Source of the DNA: Amoeboradix gromovi X-113 | Lineage: Eukaryota > Fungi > Sanchytriomycota | Assembly: GCA_018985225.1 (NCBI GenBank) | Contig: JADGIF010000357.1 | Coordinates: 1 to 10,180, forward strand | Length of the DNA stretch: 10,180 nt | Reading direction: 5' to 3' | Part shown: piece by piece, positions 9,203 through 10,180 of the stretch | Layout: each line of letters starts with the position of its first letter | How positions within the stretch are numbered: the stretch's first letter is position 1 | The notes under the pieces: generated by a model | The model's input: the letters and a program-made list of their open reading frames with translations, nothing else | Told to the model about the DNA's origin: nothing | Database searches by the model: none | Position numbers and translations under genes: made by a program

Positions 9203-9680
9203 TGGGACATCAAATATAAAAACTGGACTAACTTTCTATAACAACTTGGCACATTATTTCAGCTTTATCAATTTTATGGATTCAAGAGGCGAATGGACAT
9301 TCAGCTAGTTGCGGAGTTGACGAGTATAAAGGAGAATAAATATTCTGTACAGCTATTCTCTTACTATTTCATCCAATCTTTATTTCAAATAAAATATCAC
9401 TATTACACTTCAAAGAAATAGATAAGAGTAATGATGTTAGTATAACATTACAAAATGGCTCTAGAAAAGAGTACCGTCTAAGAAGATGCACCTTTTGCTT
9501 AGATGCTCAACGACCTTGCATACTTGAAAGAGATGCAGGGTCTTCTAGTTTTATTTTAAAAAGAGGAATACAATCAATGAAAGAAAATTGGTATAATAGA
9601 TCTTTTATTAATGATAGAATTTCCTCCGTATGGAGCACCTTTAAAAACGAGTTAGTCTAGTTTTTATATTTGGTGTCCCA
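9203..9680 (+). mobile_element. 478-bp non-autonomous TIR DNA transposon with a Fanzor/TnpB-like remnant and a 3-bp TSD (AAT)
   Basis: TIRs at 9203-9233 (TGGGACATCAAATATAAAAACTGGACTAACT) and 9650-9680 match at 29/31. AAT lies at 9200-9202 and 9681-9683. The right end matches 153-180 at 22/28. Confidence 0.88.
9340..9660 (+). pseudogene. Degenerate C-terminal fragment of a Fanzor/TnpB-like nuclease (Zn-finger and RuvC-III)
   Basis: A stop-free stretch of 106 codons with no upstream ATG: ...GSRKEYRLRRCTFCLDAQRPCILERDAGSSSFILKRG... CxxC is at 9487-9498 and RD at 9529-9534. YYTSKK* lies in the adjacent frame at 9401-9421, and VDEY is in frame at 9316-9327 before a stop. Confidence 0.6.
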
Positions 9681-9695
9681 AATGTAACACTTGAA
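9631..9695 (+). ncRNA. Putative shortened omegaRNA-like hairpin (9631-9680) with flanking guide (AATGTAACACTTGAA)
   Basis: TGGAGCACC (9631-9639) pairs with GGTGTCCCA (9672-9680), with one mismatch and one G-U. TAAAAAC (9642-9648) pairs with GTTTTTA (9660-9666). The architecture matches 96-180. Confidence 0.4.
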
Positions 9696-9968
9696 TTTAT
9701 TGAATTTTAGACTTTGTTTACTTTTAAATTTGAAATCAGGTACTGAGACTTGCTCCATTTTTCATAGTAACGCTACTTGTGCTAATGTCCTTTTGAAATA
9801 AACGTAGCCCAAATTTCGCAATCAGAAGAAGCGTATTCAGAGTTGATGTTCTCACCAAAACTCAGGGTTCCTTAGAAAACCAAGAACCCCCACAGAGATA
9901 CTAAAGCCTCAAGTCACTCCAATATGCTGGTTGTACCTTCCACCACTTTTAGGCGCAATGTAATATGA

Positions 9969-10072
9969 ACGCACATACTTCTATATGGGACATGCTCTGT
10001 AAAAAGTAGACTGTGGGTAAAAAGCGAGTGACGAGACTTACCCAGTTGAACTTTTCACAGTAGTGTCCCATA
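9969..10072 (-). ncRNA. Putative omegaRNA, second copy: scaffold 10070-9986 plus guide from 9985 downward (TATAGAAGTATGTGC...)
   Basis: Same hairpin as 96-180, with a G-C pair replacing U-G and a different downstream flank. Confidence 0.55.
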
Positions 10073-10165
10073 TTTCTTCACCTAGGCAATAGGCGAAACT
10101 ACATTATCAGTGATCCTTTGTTGCCAACCTGGTCTCTCACCATTCGCTAGCAAACTATCTACCAC
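9984..10165 (-). repeat. Right copy of the 182-bp inverted repeat; the element probably continues beyond the window
   Basis: The reverse complement matches 1-182 at 171/182 with no gaps. Confidence 0.95.
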
Positions 10166-10180
10166 TTGAAGATTATTACA
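10082..10180 (-). CDS. 3' end (partial) of a second putative Fanzor/TnpB-family nuclease: CNNLQVVDSLLANGERPGWQQRITDNVVSPIA*
   Basis: 33 codons open from the window edge to TAG at 10084-10082. xN-hydrophobic...G-x-RP-x-W-x-x-R fits the segment that follows the RuvC-III RDxNA motif in Fanzors. Confidence 0.62.
   Translation of the reverse strand, partial: CNNLQVVDSLLANGERPGWQQRITDNVVSPIA

Noticed and set aside
1-10165. The 182-bp repeats as TIRs of a single 10-kb cargo transposon
   Set aside because: The TGTCCCA termini point inward, so the elements lie outside the gene block. No transposase is present inside, and the enclosed genes are ordinary host genes.
1-10180. CRISPR array, tRNA or rRNA genes, or a reassigned genetic code
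   Set aside because: I saw no regularly spaced direct repeats or RNA-gene signatures, and the conserved genes translate fully with the standard code and end at TAA.

Overview
AT-rich, gene-dense eukaryotic DNA, probably from an early-diverging fungus or a related opisthokont (fungal-type glycogen synthase, a parvin homologue, short intergenic gaps, very few introns). The centre holds six host genes: a TPMT/HOL-type methyltransferase, an LRR surface protein, a cAMP-receptor-like GPCR, glutaryl-CoA dehydrogenase, a parvin-like CH protein that needs a 19-nt intron, and glycogen synthase. The ORF track misses the most interesting signal. The two window ends are a 182-bp inverted repeat (171/182 identical). 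Each copy holds the C-terminus of a TnpB/Fanzor-like ORF (...NNLQVVDSLLANGERPGWQQR...), then a covarying ~85-nt hairpin ending in TGTCCCA, then unrelated flank. This is the Fanzor layout of ORF, omegaRNA scaffold, transposon end and guide. A third, complete 478-bp non-autonomous relative (9203-9680) has 31-bp TIRs, an AAT target-site duplication, a CxxC...RD nuclease remnant and a shortened version of the same hairpin. The Fanzor call is inferred from motifs and architecture only; most of both flanking ORFs lies outside the window.
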